Shown one piece after another: positions 17,163 to 26,564 of a DNA stretch of 38,862 nt. The notes beneath the pieces are model-generated. The model saw nothing but the letters and a program-made list of their open reading frames with translations. It had not been told where the DNA came from and did not search any database. A program made the translations under genes and the position numbers. The DNA comes from an uncultured Lachnospiraceae bacterium (GTDB lineage: Bacteria; Bacillota; Clostridia; Christensenellales; UBA1242), in assembly GCA_964651835.1 (NCBI GenBank), contig CAZYYI010000002.1, positions 1 through 38,862 on the forward strand, written 5' to 3'. Every line of letters begins with the position of its first letter. Position 1 is the stretch's first letter.

Positions 17163-18056
17163 TTATGGTATTAATAATATTCCATTTTGAAGTCCTTTTT
17201 CACCAAGGCCATCAACAAATTTACAATCACCAAACACATCTATACCCTTAGACAATATATCAGATAATGCTTCAGTAAACTTGGTTGCATTCATTTTATC
17301 TTCTTCAGGGAAAATAAATTCAATAAGAAGATTGATTAAAATTTCACTCTGTTTTTCTGTTCTGCCATTGATTGCAATGGTTGCGTTTGAACGTGTTGTT
17401 TCATCAGTTAAATCAATATCATAGTTAACAGTAAAATACAAAGTATCTGGAATAATCATATTAAGCAAGAAGATTGGAGTATCCATTTGTTTTGCAATTT
17501 GTTCACGAATATCTACAGTATTAATTTTGATAATAAAGCCAATATTTGCACCAAGGTAACCCTCACCATCTTCAGCTGGTTTATCTAAATTTGGCTCAAC
17601 GTCCATTTCAAGAAGCGTGATGTTAAGCACATTCAAATACTTAAGATTTGGCAGAGTATTTACCAAAATACCAGTAGAAATAAGTTTATTACAAAGTGCG
17701 GCGAACTGCCTATCAGTGAGTTCTACTGGGCTTGCATCCTTTTTAAACTCATTAAAGTCTTTTTCAATCATCTCACCATTTTTATCTAGCTTATATCCAC
17801 TATCGATTAAAATATCAATTGAATCTCTAAGGTCTTTTTCAGTATATGGTTTTTTTACAATATCGGCTTCTTTTGGTGACTTGTAAAGTGAAGTAACAAC
17901 GCCCACCAAATCGCCCATACCATTAATACCGTAAGATGAGAAATATTTAGGAACAATTAATTTATCAAGAAAAAAGTAACCGCCAGTAAAAATTGCAGCG
18001 ATTATACATAAAGTGATTAGTATTTTTATTAAAATGTTAGTTCTTTTTTTCTTCAT
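17163..18056 (-). CDS. hypothetical N-terminally membrane-anchored protein
   Basis: 297-aa ORF with one N-terminal TM helix (ILIKILITLCIIAAIFTGGYFF). No recognisable motifs. Its ATG overlaps the stop of the upstream 35-codon ORF (TAATG). Confidence 0.6.
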   Translation of the reverse strand: MKKKRTNILIKILITLCIIAAIFTGGYFFLDKLIVPKYFSSYGINGMGDLVGVVTSLYKSPKEADIVKKPYTEKDLRDSIDILIDSGYKLDKNGEMIEKDFNEFKKDASPVELTDRQFAALCNKLISTGILVNTLPNLKYLNVLNITLLEMDVEPNLDKPAEDGEGYLGANIGFIIKINTVDIREQIAKQMDTPIFLLNMIIPDTLYFTVNYDIDLTDETTRSNATIAINGRTEKQSEILINLLIEFIFPEEDKMNATKFTEALSDILSKGIDVFGDCKFVDGLGEKGLQNGILLIP

Positions 18057-18163
18057 TAAATTATACTGCCTGTAATAGATGCTTTGAATAAAAGAAAAAG
18101 TACCACTGCAGTTACCAGCGCTAAACCAATAAGTTTAAATATTGATAATCTTTTTTTAAACAT
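18056..18163 (-). CDS. 35-aa single-pass membrane peptide (below the ORF-track size cut-off)
   Basis: ATG 18163-18161 preceded by an AGGAG SD. Translation: MFKKRLSIFKLIGLALVTAVVLFLLFKASITGSII. The stop overlaps the next ATG by 1 nt. A consensus promoter lies immediately upstream. Confidence 0.55.
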   Translation of the reverse strand: MFKKRLSIFKLIGLALVTAVVLFLLFKASITGSII

Positions 18164-18189
18164 CTAAAACTCCTACACTTATATGCTTA

Positions 18190-18219
18190 ATTATATTTTA
18201 AATATATATAACTTGTCAA
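18190..18219 (-). promoter_or_regulatory. sigma-A-type promoter for the 35-aa/297-aa operon
   Basis: On the minus strand: TTGACA (18219-18214), 18-nt spacer, TATAAT (18195-18190). Confidence 0.55.
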
Positions 18220-18248
18220 CTTGTTTATTACCTTTATAAAACTAAAAT

Positions 18249-19580
18249 CTATATATCATTAAAAAATTCTAATTTAATAATGGTATCTGTTGTGCTGTCA
18301 ACTTTAACAAGTTCACTTATGTCTTTACCCGCAATAACTAGCACCTTATTTCCACTTGCAAGCACTGGAAGATTATTTCTTAAATCGTACTCAGTTTTTT
18401 TGTCAGTATAATAATCGCTTAGCGACTTTGTGCCAGTGCCAAGCATTGTAAACTTATCACCGACATCTCTCTTTCTCCAAACAGCGTCGGTAGGAATTTT
18501 GCTTATATCAACATAAAGCGTACCATCGCCATAATTAACACTATAAGCATCAATCTTGGTTGCTTTTATTTTGCCATAGCCTTCAAAAACAATTTCCCCA
18601 ACTGTAAAATTCAGCTCAGATATTTTATCAACTTTTTTACCTTTTTTGAAAATTTGAACTGTGGTATAACTTTTTCTTGCAGTAAGCTTATGTGGCAAAT
18701 CAATAGTTGTATTAACCTTTTCGCCAGCAAGTTTTATAAGCATATTATAGTGCTTATCTTCAATATCAGAACATACACCAAGTTTACTAAAAGCCAACTT
18801 TAAATATTCACGAACAATAAAATTTTCATTATTAAATGCTTGAAGTTCAATCAAAACTTCATCTTTTTTTTGCAAAACAAGCTCATTTTTGACCTGTTTT
18901 TCGATAAATTTTTGCACTTCATTGCATTTTTTTGCGAAATCTGCAATAGAATCAACAACAGTTGGATAAACCTTTTCAATTTCTGGAATTATTTTATTAC
19001 GCAAAAAATTGCGAGTAAACTTGTTATCACTATTGCTACTATCTGTAACAAATTTTATGCCATACTCTTTAGCTAGTTTATCAATCTCACTTCTTTTTAA
19101 ATTAATAAGAGGTCTAAATATAATATCATTTTCACGAATACCGCAAGCACCAGACAAGCCTGCACCACGAAAGATATGCATAAGCACGGTTTCTGCTTGG
19201 TCGTTTTTATGATGAGCAAGAAACAATTTGTTTAGCCCGTCCTTTTTCATCTGACTAAAAATTGCATCAAATCTTGCATTTCTTGCAGCCTCTTCAAGAG
19301 TATAATTATTTTCTTCTTTTAGCTTATTTACATTGACACTCAAAATTTCACAAGGAACTTTTTTCTTATCACAAAAGTCACTAACAAACTTGCTGTCAGC
19401 GTCACTTTCGTCACCTCTTAAATTGTGATTTACATTGATTACTTTTAAATAAAAACCAACTTTTTTTTGTTTGTCAAGCAATGCCCAAAGAAGCAGCATA
19501 CTATCTACGCCACCACTTACCCCAACAGCAATCTTATCATCACTTTGCACAAGGCTATCATCAATCAAATACTCTAACAT
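18249..19580 (-). CDS. tilS: tRNA(Ile)-lysidine synthetase
   Basis: PP-loop VGVSGGVDSMLL, LAHHKNDQAET motif, AGGAG SD, position directly downstream of spoIIE as in Bacillus and Clostridia. Confidence 0.9.
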   Translation of the reverse strand: MLEYLIDDSLVQSDDKIAVGVSGGVDSMLLLWALLDKQKKVGFYLKVINVNHNLRGDESDADSKFVSDFCDKKKVPCEILSVNVNKLKEENNYTLEEAARNARFDAIFSQMKKDGLNKLFLAHHKNDQAETVLMHIFRGAGLSGACGIRENDIIFRPLINLKRSEIDKLAKEYGIKFVTDSSNSDNKFTRNFLRNKIIPEIEKVYPTVVDSIADFAKKCNEVQKFIEKQVKNELVLQKKDEVLIELQAFNNENFIVREYLKLAFSKLGVCSDIEDKHYNMLIKLAGEKVNTTIDLPHKLTARKSYTTVQIFKKGKKVDKISELNFTVGEIVFEGYGKIKATKIDAYSVNYGDGTLYVDISKIPTDAVWRKRDVGDKFTMLGTGTKSLSDYYTDKKTEYDLRNNLPVLASGNKVLVIAGKDISELVKVDSTTDTIIKLEFFNDI

Positions 19581-19610
19581 AGTTACTCCTATAACTATGA
19601 TAAACTATTT

Positions 19611-21890
19611 TTATTTATTTTTCAATAAATTTATGCCTATAATCGTCATATCATCACTATGTTTACTTTGAGCCTCTGCATCTGAGATAACATCTTCCAA
19701 AAATTTTTGAACATTGTAAATTTTGCTATCATTTATAAAACACTTATACTCTTCTATTGAAGAAAAACTGTCAACAACGCCATCACTTGCAATAAATATC
19801 ATATCACCAGCTGTTATTGGTTTTCTTGTTATTGTTGGCTTGAGGTTTTGAACAATACCTATAGGCAAACTATCAGACACAACAAGTTCCGAAGTGCCTT
19901 GATGCTTTATGGCAGTTACGCTTGAACCAAGTTTTATAAATTCACAAATCATTTTATCAGCATCAATCACGCAGGCATCAAGGGTGGTAAAGTTATCAAG
20001 ACCCGCTGGAAGCAAAAGCTTGTTCACTGATTCAAGTATAAGCTCATCTTTGAGCCCCACCATAAATAGCGACTGCAAAAGTTTAAGCACCATGCTTGAA
20101 ATTCTGCTTGCGCCCTCACCGTGTCCCATTCCGTCAGCGATAGCTACAAAAAATTTATTTTCAGAAAGTTTAGTTACCACAACGTTGTCGCCATTTTGAC
20201 CATCTTTTGCTTTTGTTGCTACCGAAAAGTCAACTTTGATTGCAGGAAGTGGAATAAACTTTGCAAGGCTTAGCCCAGCAAATTCTAGATGCTTAACTTT
20301 TTGCATTTTGAAATTAATTTTTGTTACTGACCTAATTGCATCAATAACTTCTTTTTTCATTATATGTTCATTGACAATTACGGCGAGTACCATGTCAATG
20401 CCAGATTCATTCTCGGAAATCAGCACTTCTTTTGCATCAATCATCAATGAATTCAATTTATCTTTTAATATAACAGCCAACCTGTCATTAAATTTTAAAT
20501 CGCTTACAACCCCTCGTGAAAAATCTGCAAATATGTCAGAAAAATTACCAAGCTCGCCAGCAATAACAAGTTTGCTTACGTCCTCTGCCTTCATCGCGGT
20601 TTCATAGGACAAATACATTTTGGCTGTTTGGTTAATTTCACTTATCATCACACCTGACTTGGTGCAATAAGCTTGCATACCACTTGGCAAATCATCACTT
20701 GTAGCCCCACCGTTTTCAATAGCTTTTCTTAACACCGATTCAAGATGTGCTTTTTTATTTATATTTCCAAAAAAGCAATTTTTAAAATTTTCGCAGTTTG
20801 AACAACATTTATTAATTACATCAGTAGCAAGTTCTATGCAAGCTTTTTCACGACTAATGTTGCCAACTACCAAGTATTTAAATTCATTTTGCATATCTTT
20901 AAAAGTTTCAGACATTAAAAGTAATCTTGCCTTTATATTTCCACTACTTTCTGTTTGTAGTTCATTAACTGCCAAGTTTAAGGTATCCTTATCAAAGGCA
21001 CTGGCAAGCTGAAATCTTAACTTTTCTGGAACAGCTATATATGCAACAACTGCAAGTGTTAATGAAATTATGTCAAAAACTGCATAAAAACTGAAAAGCC
21101 AAGCAAAAATTGTAAAAATTACAGAAGTAATTAGTGCATATATATACTTATTGAAATTTTTAAATTCAAGAATTAAAATTGTGGTGACCACTGCAAAAAT
21201 AAATAAATTAACATTGCCACAAGCAACCAGTGCGCCAATGGCAAGTCCAAAACTTACTGTGAAATATTTTTCAGTTGGAAGCAGCCTGCAGAGCATAACC
21301 AAAGGAAATGCAATAATAAAAAGACCTATATAATCTGCTATAAAATTATAGCTGAATATACCTATAGACAGTAGCAAAATGGTAATAGAATAAATTAAAT
21401 AATCGCTATGACTGAACTTAAAAAATATAAATTTGTTTTTGGAAACGGCAAAGAATTTTATAAAGTATAACAGCAGTAATATTTCACAAGCAAGCACTAC
21501 TAAAAAATGCCAGAACTCAGTTAAACTTAAAAGGCTATAATAAAAATATAAAATATTGCTTGCAAAAATAAAACCTATACAAAGGAGTGTTTTTTTCTTA
21601 ATTTTGAAATATCCGTTAGCAAAGTAAAATAGAGCCAAAAATACAATTTCATAAATACTTATAAGTAGTCCCTGCAAGGTCCAAAAAGTATAAATTTTTG
21701 AAACTGCATAAGCTCCAATAACAACAAAAATATTGCCACCAGAAAGCAGCCTAACAATAGCAAAAGGTAGTCCTGCAGGACTTAAAAAACCAAATAAATT
21801 GATTCTTGAAAAAGCCAACTGCATAACTACATAAATTGCTTCTATTAATATTTTTTTAATTAGGGATTTGTTCACAAATCTATCATACAA
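19611..21890 (-). CDS. spoIIE: stage II sporulation protein E (polytopic membrane domain + PP2C phosphatase)
   Basis: About 10 N-terminal TM helices. C-terminal PP2C motifs FFVAIADGMGHGEGAS and IFIASDGVVD..SDDMTIIGI. The start is uncertain (TTG 21890 from the track; no good SD). Confidence 0.85.
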   Translation of the reverse strand: MYDRFVNKSLIKKILIEAIYVVMQLAFSRINLFGFLSPAGLPFAIVRLLSGGNIFVVIGAYAVSKIYTFWTLQGLLISIYEIVFLALFYFANGYFKIKKKTLLCIGFIFASNILYFYYSLLSLTEFWHFLVVLACEILLLLYFIKFFAVSKNKFIFFKFSHSDYLIYSITILLLSIGIFSYNFIADYIGLFIIAFPLVMLCRLLPTEKYFTVSFGLAIGALVACGNVNLFIFAVVTTILILEFKNFNKYIYALITSVIFTIFAWLFSFYAVFDIISLTLAVVAYIAVPEKLRFQLASAFDKDTLNLAVNELQTESSGNIKARLLLMSETFKDMQNEFKYLVVGNISREKACIELATDVINKCCSNCENFKNCFFGNINKKAHLESVLRKAIENGGATSDDLPSGMQAYCTKSGVMISEINQTAKMYLSYETAMKAEDVSKLVIAGELGNFSDIFADFSRGVVSDLKFNDRLAVILKDKLNSLMIDAKEVLISENESGIDMVLAVIVNEHIMKKEVIDAIRSVTKINFKMQKVKHLEFAGLSLAKFIPLPAIKVDFSVATKAKDGQNGDNVVVTKLSENKFFVAIADGMGHGEGASRISSMVLKLLQSLFMVGLKDELILESVNKLLLPAGLDNFTTLDACVIDADKMICEFIKLGSSVTAIKHQGTSELVVSDSLPIGIVQNLKPTITRKPITAGDMIFIASDGVVDSFSSIEEYKCFINDSKIYNVQKFLEDVISDAEAQSKHSDDMTIIGINLLKNK

Positions 21891-21985
21891 AAAGAAAGAT
21901 AATTTACTCTATGATAAATTTGATGGTTTATAATTTTTATAGCCGAAATATCAAATATTTTAGTATTTTAATAATTTTTGCAAAC

Positions 21986-22945
21986 TTATCTCAGCTTTGT
22001 TAATTGTTTTAAAATTTCTACTGCATTATAAGCAGCACCACGCCTTAAGTTGTCTGCAATAATTATAAAGGAAATTTCCTTACTACTTACTAGCCTCATT
22101 CTGCACACAAAAGTTAAATTGCTGTCAGCACAATATACCGGGTAAAAATTTTCAGTTGTACTATATTTTATATATGAAGTATTAAGCAAACTATTTAGCT
22201 CATTTAAATTTATATCTTTATCAAAATATACATAGACACTTTCTAAATGGCAGTAAGGCACAGGAACACGAACTGTTGTTGCCGACACATCAATATTGCT
22301 TTCAAGAATTTTATTTGTTTCAAACATAATCTTATCTTCTTCAACGCAATAGCCATTTTCTAAGGTTTCACCAATATATGGCACTAAGTTGTTTTTTATC
22401 CCTTCAGTAATTTGAAGTTTGCTACCATTTTTTAAATCTTCAAGTGCTTGTGTTCCTGCCCCACTAACTGACTGATAACTGCTAACAATAACCTTATTAA
22501 TATCAGCAAGTTTTTTGAGCCTATCAAGAACCACAACAAGTTGAATAGTTGAGCAATTTGGATTAGCAATGATTCTGTCATCACTCTTTATTTTTTTGAT
22601 ATTTATTTCTGGCACTACTAAAGGAACATTACTTACCCTTCTAAACGCATTTGAATTATCTATAACCTTAGTTCCAGACTCTGCAAAAATATTTGCGTAC
22701 TCCTTGCTTATGTCGTCACCGGCAGACATTATTACATAATCAAAATGTTTGCGAGCTTCACTTTTACTCAGTAATATATATCGATAATCCGTGCCAGCTA
22801 TCGTCACTGTTTTACCCGCACTTTTATCAGAAACAAAAAGTGTTAAGTTAAACCTATTTAAAATATCTTCCTCTTGCAAAATCTTAATTACTGTTGACCC
22901 AACCAAACCACTTGCACCAACAATAGCCAAATTAAATTTTTTCAT
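21986..22945 (-). CDS. asd: aspartate-semialdehyde dehydrogenase
   Basis: NAD(P) fold LAIVGASGLVG, active-site NPNCSTIQL. Start set to ATG 22945 (MKKFNLAIVG, GGGGGAATAGGT upstream) instead of track 22993. Confidence 0.9.
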   Translation of the reverse strand: MKKFNLAIVGASGLVGSTVIKILQEEDILNRFNLTLFVSDKSAGKTVTIAGTDYRYILLSKSEARKHFDYVIMSAGDDISKEYANIFAESGTKVIDNSNAFRRVSNVPLVVPEINIKKIKSDDRIIANPNCSTIQLVVVLDRLKKLADINKVIVSSYQSVSGAGTQALEDLKNGSKLQITEGIKNNLVPYIGETLENGYCVEEDKIMFETNKILESNIDVSATTVRVPVPYCHLESVYVYFDKDINLNELNSLLNTSYIKYSTTENFYPVYCADSNLTFVCRMRLVSSKEISFIIIADNLRRGAAYNAVEILKQLTKLR

Positions 22946-23023
22946 ACCTATTCCCCCATATTTTATAATATTCACTTTGAATTTATAGGTCACAAAATTA
23001 AATAGACATCATAAAATATAACT

Positions 23024-23980
23024 ATGAGAATATTAAAGTTTGGTGGAAAAAGTTTAAGCACGAAAGAAAAAATGCAAAAAATCTGCAAATATATCAAAAA
23101 AATATATAAAAATGATAAAAAAATAATTGTTGTGGTCAGTGCTATGGGAAATTCTACTGACAAACTTTTGGATTTGGCATCGGACTTTGTGGGAACTAAA
23201 ACAACAAGCAGAGAGCTTGCTACATTACTTTCAACTGGCGAAACTGTTTCAAGCAGTATTTTTGCAATGATGTTAAATAGTATGGGCGTGCCTGCAAAAA
23301 GCATTCAAGGTTTTGAGCTTCAAATAACAACTTACGGTGAACATACAAATAGCAGAATCGCCTATTTAAATAAAACCATTCTTGAAAATGTAATGAGCAA
23401 TGATACAGTTGCAGTGGTTTCAGGTTTTCAAGGTATAAACAGCAAAGGTGAAATCACCACTCTTGGCCGTGGCGGTTCAGACACAACTGCAGCAGCGATT
23501 GGCGCAGTGTTTAACCAAACTCCTGAAATCTATTCAGATTTTAATGGTGTGTTTACAGGTGACCCAAGAGAACTTGATTTTAAAAAGCTTAAAGAGGTTG
23601 GCTATGATGAAATGATTGCTATGGCAGAAGGCGGAGCAAAAGTTATTGATAGTAGAGCAAGTAGCATAGCAAAAGAATATGAAATTGATCTTATTTCAAA
23701 ATCTTCAAGTCAGCCAGAAAAAAGTGGAACAACAATTTCTTCATTAGAACGAGATATAATTTCACTTGCAATCATTGACAAACTCACAAAGGTTACCATT
23801 GTTGTAACAAATCCTGAAAGATTTGAAAAAGTTGTTAAAAGCGTCATTTTATGCATAAACAAAAACAAATTTTATAACTTTTCAGCAAACTTAAATAAAA
23901 TAAGTTTTTTGATTTATAGCAGTGACAAAACAAAAATATTAACTGAACTTGCAAATAAATTAAACTTAGTAAAAAAATAG
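23024..23980 (+). CDS. aspartate kinase, short form (318 aa)
   Basis: KFGGKSL.., VVVSAMGNSTDKL, TTLGRGGSDTTAAAIG and SDFNGVFTGDPR motifs. The C-terminal regulatory part is long enough for only about one ACT domain. Confidence 0.8.
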   Translation: MRILKFGGKSLSTKEKMQKICKYIKKIYKNDKKIIVVVSAMGNSTDKLLDLASDFVGTKTTSRELATLLSTGETVSSSIFAMMLNSMGVPAKSIQGFELQITTYGEHTNSRIAYLNKTILENVMSNDTVAVVSGFQGINSKGEITTLGRGGSDTTAAAIGAVFNQTPEIYSDFNGVFTGDPRELDFKKLKEVGYDEMIAMAEGGAKVIDSRASSIAKEYEIDLISKSSSQPEKSGTTISSLERDIISLAIIDKLTKVTIVVTNPERFEKVVKSVILCINKNKFYNFSANLNKISFLIYSSDKTKILTELANKLNLVKK

Positions 23981-24008
23981 CAGTGGCTAAAAACCACTGT
24001 TATTTTTT
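23981..24008. terminator. bidirectional intrinsic terminator
   Basis: CAGTGG-CTAAAAA-CCACTG followed by TTATTTTTT, with an A-run on the other side. Confidence 0.6.
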
Positions 24009-24015
24009 ATTTTCT

Positions 24016-25983
24016 TTATTCTGCATTTGGTTGTTTTTCTGAACCATTTACAATAACATATATAATATTATTTAGTTTTTCTTCCCTAGCGCAAATTTCA
24101 TCAAAACTCTTCCTTCGCCTTTTAGCTTCTAGAAAATCTTGCAATGCTAGTCCAAGTTTAGAGTAATTGTCAAACCCAATCTCACGTACAAACTCAAACG
24201 GAGTATTAGATATTTTTGCATCAATAATTTGGTCTTCAAATTTTTGGAAAAAAGGCTCCATAACTTTAAATGCATTTACATATATACAATAAAATTTATT
24301 AGAATTTTTAAGAAATTTTTGGTTATTTTTCTGAGCTCTATTTTCAGCTTTACAAGCAAGCCATTCTGTTACAACTTCATCAATATATTGATAACCTAAC
24401 ACATCAGCAGAAACATTAAAATTTTTCTCAATAAAATGCACTTTATCAGAATTTTGTTCTTGCCTAACCAAAGATGCCGCATCAAAATCATAATCAAGAA
24501 ATTTTTGAGGATCAGGACATTTAAAATCTGTGTGGTCACTACCATAATCAAGACCATTCGTAAATACCACCAAAGAATGTTTTTTGCTTACACCAACAAT
24601 ATTTTTTCCTAAAGAATGGATACTTTCGTGAATCAAAACCGTATCATCAGCTGAGCCAATGTCAAGCATAACAAATGAACGAACACCCAAATTATTATCT
24701 ATATTATTAATATAGACAGAACAAAAGTTTTTTGTAAAATCTATAGTTCCATCATTAACTCCACCTAAAAATATGTCTTCATATTTTTTGTCTTCTTTGC
24801 CAGCACCCTCCATAGTATTAATGACAGCATTTTTAACGCCGGAACTTTGCTTAGTTTCCCAATAGCTGTCTATTTTATCAAAAAGATTTTTACATTCTTC
24901 TCTGTATAATTCAAGTTCTTCTATTAGCTCATTTGTAATTTCCTCTACATTTTTATCATATTGATAGTGTTTAATTTCTAAAATCAGTTCTGCCAAATTA
25001 GAAGCATAATAACTAAAATCACCATAAATTGTAATCAACTTTTCAGGTGTTATCACTGACCATAAATCAGCCAGCAATGGTTTATCTTTTAAATAAAGAC
25101 TTTTCTGATATTGTTTTTTTGCAACATCAAAACTTACATTATATTTCTTTTCTACACTTGCAATGAACTGGTTAAACATTTCTTCCCTAGTGGCTTTTTT
25201 CTCAATTTCATCACCACAAAGAGCTAATAAAATTTTTAAATATTTTTCTTTTTGAGATTTTGGCATTTTAAAAGTTTCTTGCAAGGTTTTTAATAATGAT
25301 ATATATTTCCCTGACCAGCTAGACAATTCATTCAAAACTTCTGTTAAATGTTTTCGTTGAAGGCCAAAATGTTCTCTTTCCAAATCTTCTACAAAAAAAT
25401 AGTCGGAATTTGCATATAGCATTCCACGAGCTTGATTTTCTGCTCCTACCATATCAAGATTATCTTTTATACTTGTAAATAAATATTCAATAGTATTATG
25501 CTTAACTTTTGTTGCCTCTTGAACTGCTCTCTTCCATTCTGGAGTTCTGCAAATATCAACTGGTAGCCCAATCACCCAAGGATAATCAGCCGTTTCATCT
25601 AAAATTTTAACCATATCATCTACATTTTCTGGATTCAAGTTTGAAATGGCATCAACTTTTTCTAATAATATAGCAAGTTGTTTAAAACTTTTTTCAACAA
25701 AACAATAATAAATGTTATTAAAAAAATCATTATAACCTGAGTCATACATAAGTTTTTGAAAAAAATTATCTATTTGCTCATTGACATAATCAATATATTC
25801 ATTTCTACTGCCCATAAAGAAAAATTCGGTCTGGTCTAACCTTTCTCTAATTTTATCTGCGTGTTTTTCACCAAAAGTTTTAATAAGCAAATTTGCTAGT
25901 TCACTCTTTTTGTCGTTATCAATTGGCCTAATCATTTTGGTTAAGTTTACACGCCTTGCTTCTTCATTCTTTACAACTTCCAT
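24016..25983 (-). CDS. hypothetical 655-aa cytoplasmic protein with a single HExxH motif
   Basis: Long uninterrupted ORF with no TM or signal sequence. HESIH is encoded at 24616-24630 in the context FVMLDIGSADDTVLIHESIHSLG. I could assign no other family. Confidence 0.6.
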   Translation of the reverse strand: MEVVKNEEARRVNLTKMIRPIDNDKKSELANLLIKTFGEKHADKIRERLDQTEFFFMGSRNEYIDYVNEQIDNFFQKLMYDSGYNDFFNNIYYCFVEKSFKQLAILLEKVDAISNLNPENVDDMVKILDETADYPWVIGLPVDICRTPEWKRAVQEATKVKHNTIEYLFTSIKDNLDMVGAENQARGMLYANSDYFFVEDLEREHFGLQRKHLTEVLNELSSWSGKYISLLKTLQETFKMPKSQKEKYLKILLALCGDEIEKKATREEMFNQFIASVEKKYNVSFDVAKKQYQKSLYLKDKPLLADLWSVITPEKLITIYGDFSYYASNLAELILEIKHYQYDKNVEEITNELIEELELYREECKNLFDKIDSYWETKQSSGVKNAVINTMEGAGKEDKKYEDIFLGGVNDGTIDFTKNFCSVYINNIDNNLGVRSFVMLDIGSADDTVLIHESIHSLGKNIVGVSKKHSLVVFTNGLDYGSDHTDFKCPDPQKFLDYDFDAASLVRQEQNSDKVHFIEKNFNVSADVLGYQYIDEVVTEWLACKAENRAQKNNQKFLKNSNKFYCIYVNAFKVMEPFFQKFEDQIIDAKISNTPFEFVREIGFDNYSKLGLALQDFLEAKRRRKSFDEICAREEKLNNIIYVIVNGSEKQPNAE

Positions 25984-26087
25984 ATTATTTCCCTATAACA
26001 AAATTATAACATATTTTTGGTATATAGTCAATATTCAAATATTCTAGCAAACTTAATAAATAATTAAAAAAAATTTTTATTTTTTGC

Positions 26088-26149
26088 TTGACAATTGAGT
26101 AGTTATTCAACTATTATATTGGTGTTAATTGAATAAGCATTCAACTATT
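26088..26149 (+). promoter_or_regulatory. promoter with two tandem ArsR/SmtB-type operator-like imperfect palindromes
   Basis: TTGACA 26088-26093 and TATTAT about 26112-26117. AATTGAGTAGTTATTCAACTATT (26093-26115) and AATTGAATAAGCATTCAACTATT (26127-26149) each contain TTGA-N8-TCAA. Confidence 0.6.
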
Positions 26150-26204
26150 TTATTTAATTGCATATAATAAATAATAGGATAAAACAACCAATAAGGAGAA
26201 AGTT

Positions 26205-26561
26205 ATGACAAAAAATTCTTACTACTGCGATTGCAACACTATTCACAGAGACACAGTTGCAAAAGTAGAAAACAAAATGTTAACTAGTGCAGAGTTTGAT
26301 GCAATAACCAAATTTGCAAAGGCACTTGGTGATAAAACCAGAATCAAAATTGCGTGGGCATTATATAACAATGAGATGTGCGTTTGTGATATTGCAAACT
26401 TGCTTTCAATGACAAAGTCGGCAGTGTCACACCAGTTAAGAGAGCTTAGACTAGCAAACCTTGTAGATTGCAGACGTAATGGAAAAACTGTTTACTACTC
26501 ACTTGCAGATGACCATGTATCAAACTTTTTGAAAAATGCCCAGGAGCATATTAAGGAGTAA
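26205..26561 (+). CDS. cadC: ArsR/SmtB-family metalloregulator, CadC-like
   Basis: CVCDIANLL (alpha3 Cys pair), N-terminal Cys pair YYCDCN, HTH SKSAVSHQLRELRLANLV. AAGGAG SD. Confidence 0.8.
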   Translation: MTKNSYYCDCNTIHRDTVAKVENKMLTSAEFDAITKFAKALGDKTRIKIAWALYNNEMCVCDIANLLSMTKSAVSHQLRELRLANLVDCRRNGKTVYYSLADDHVSNFLKNAQEHIKE

Positions 26562-26564
26562 TGT

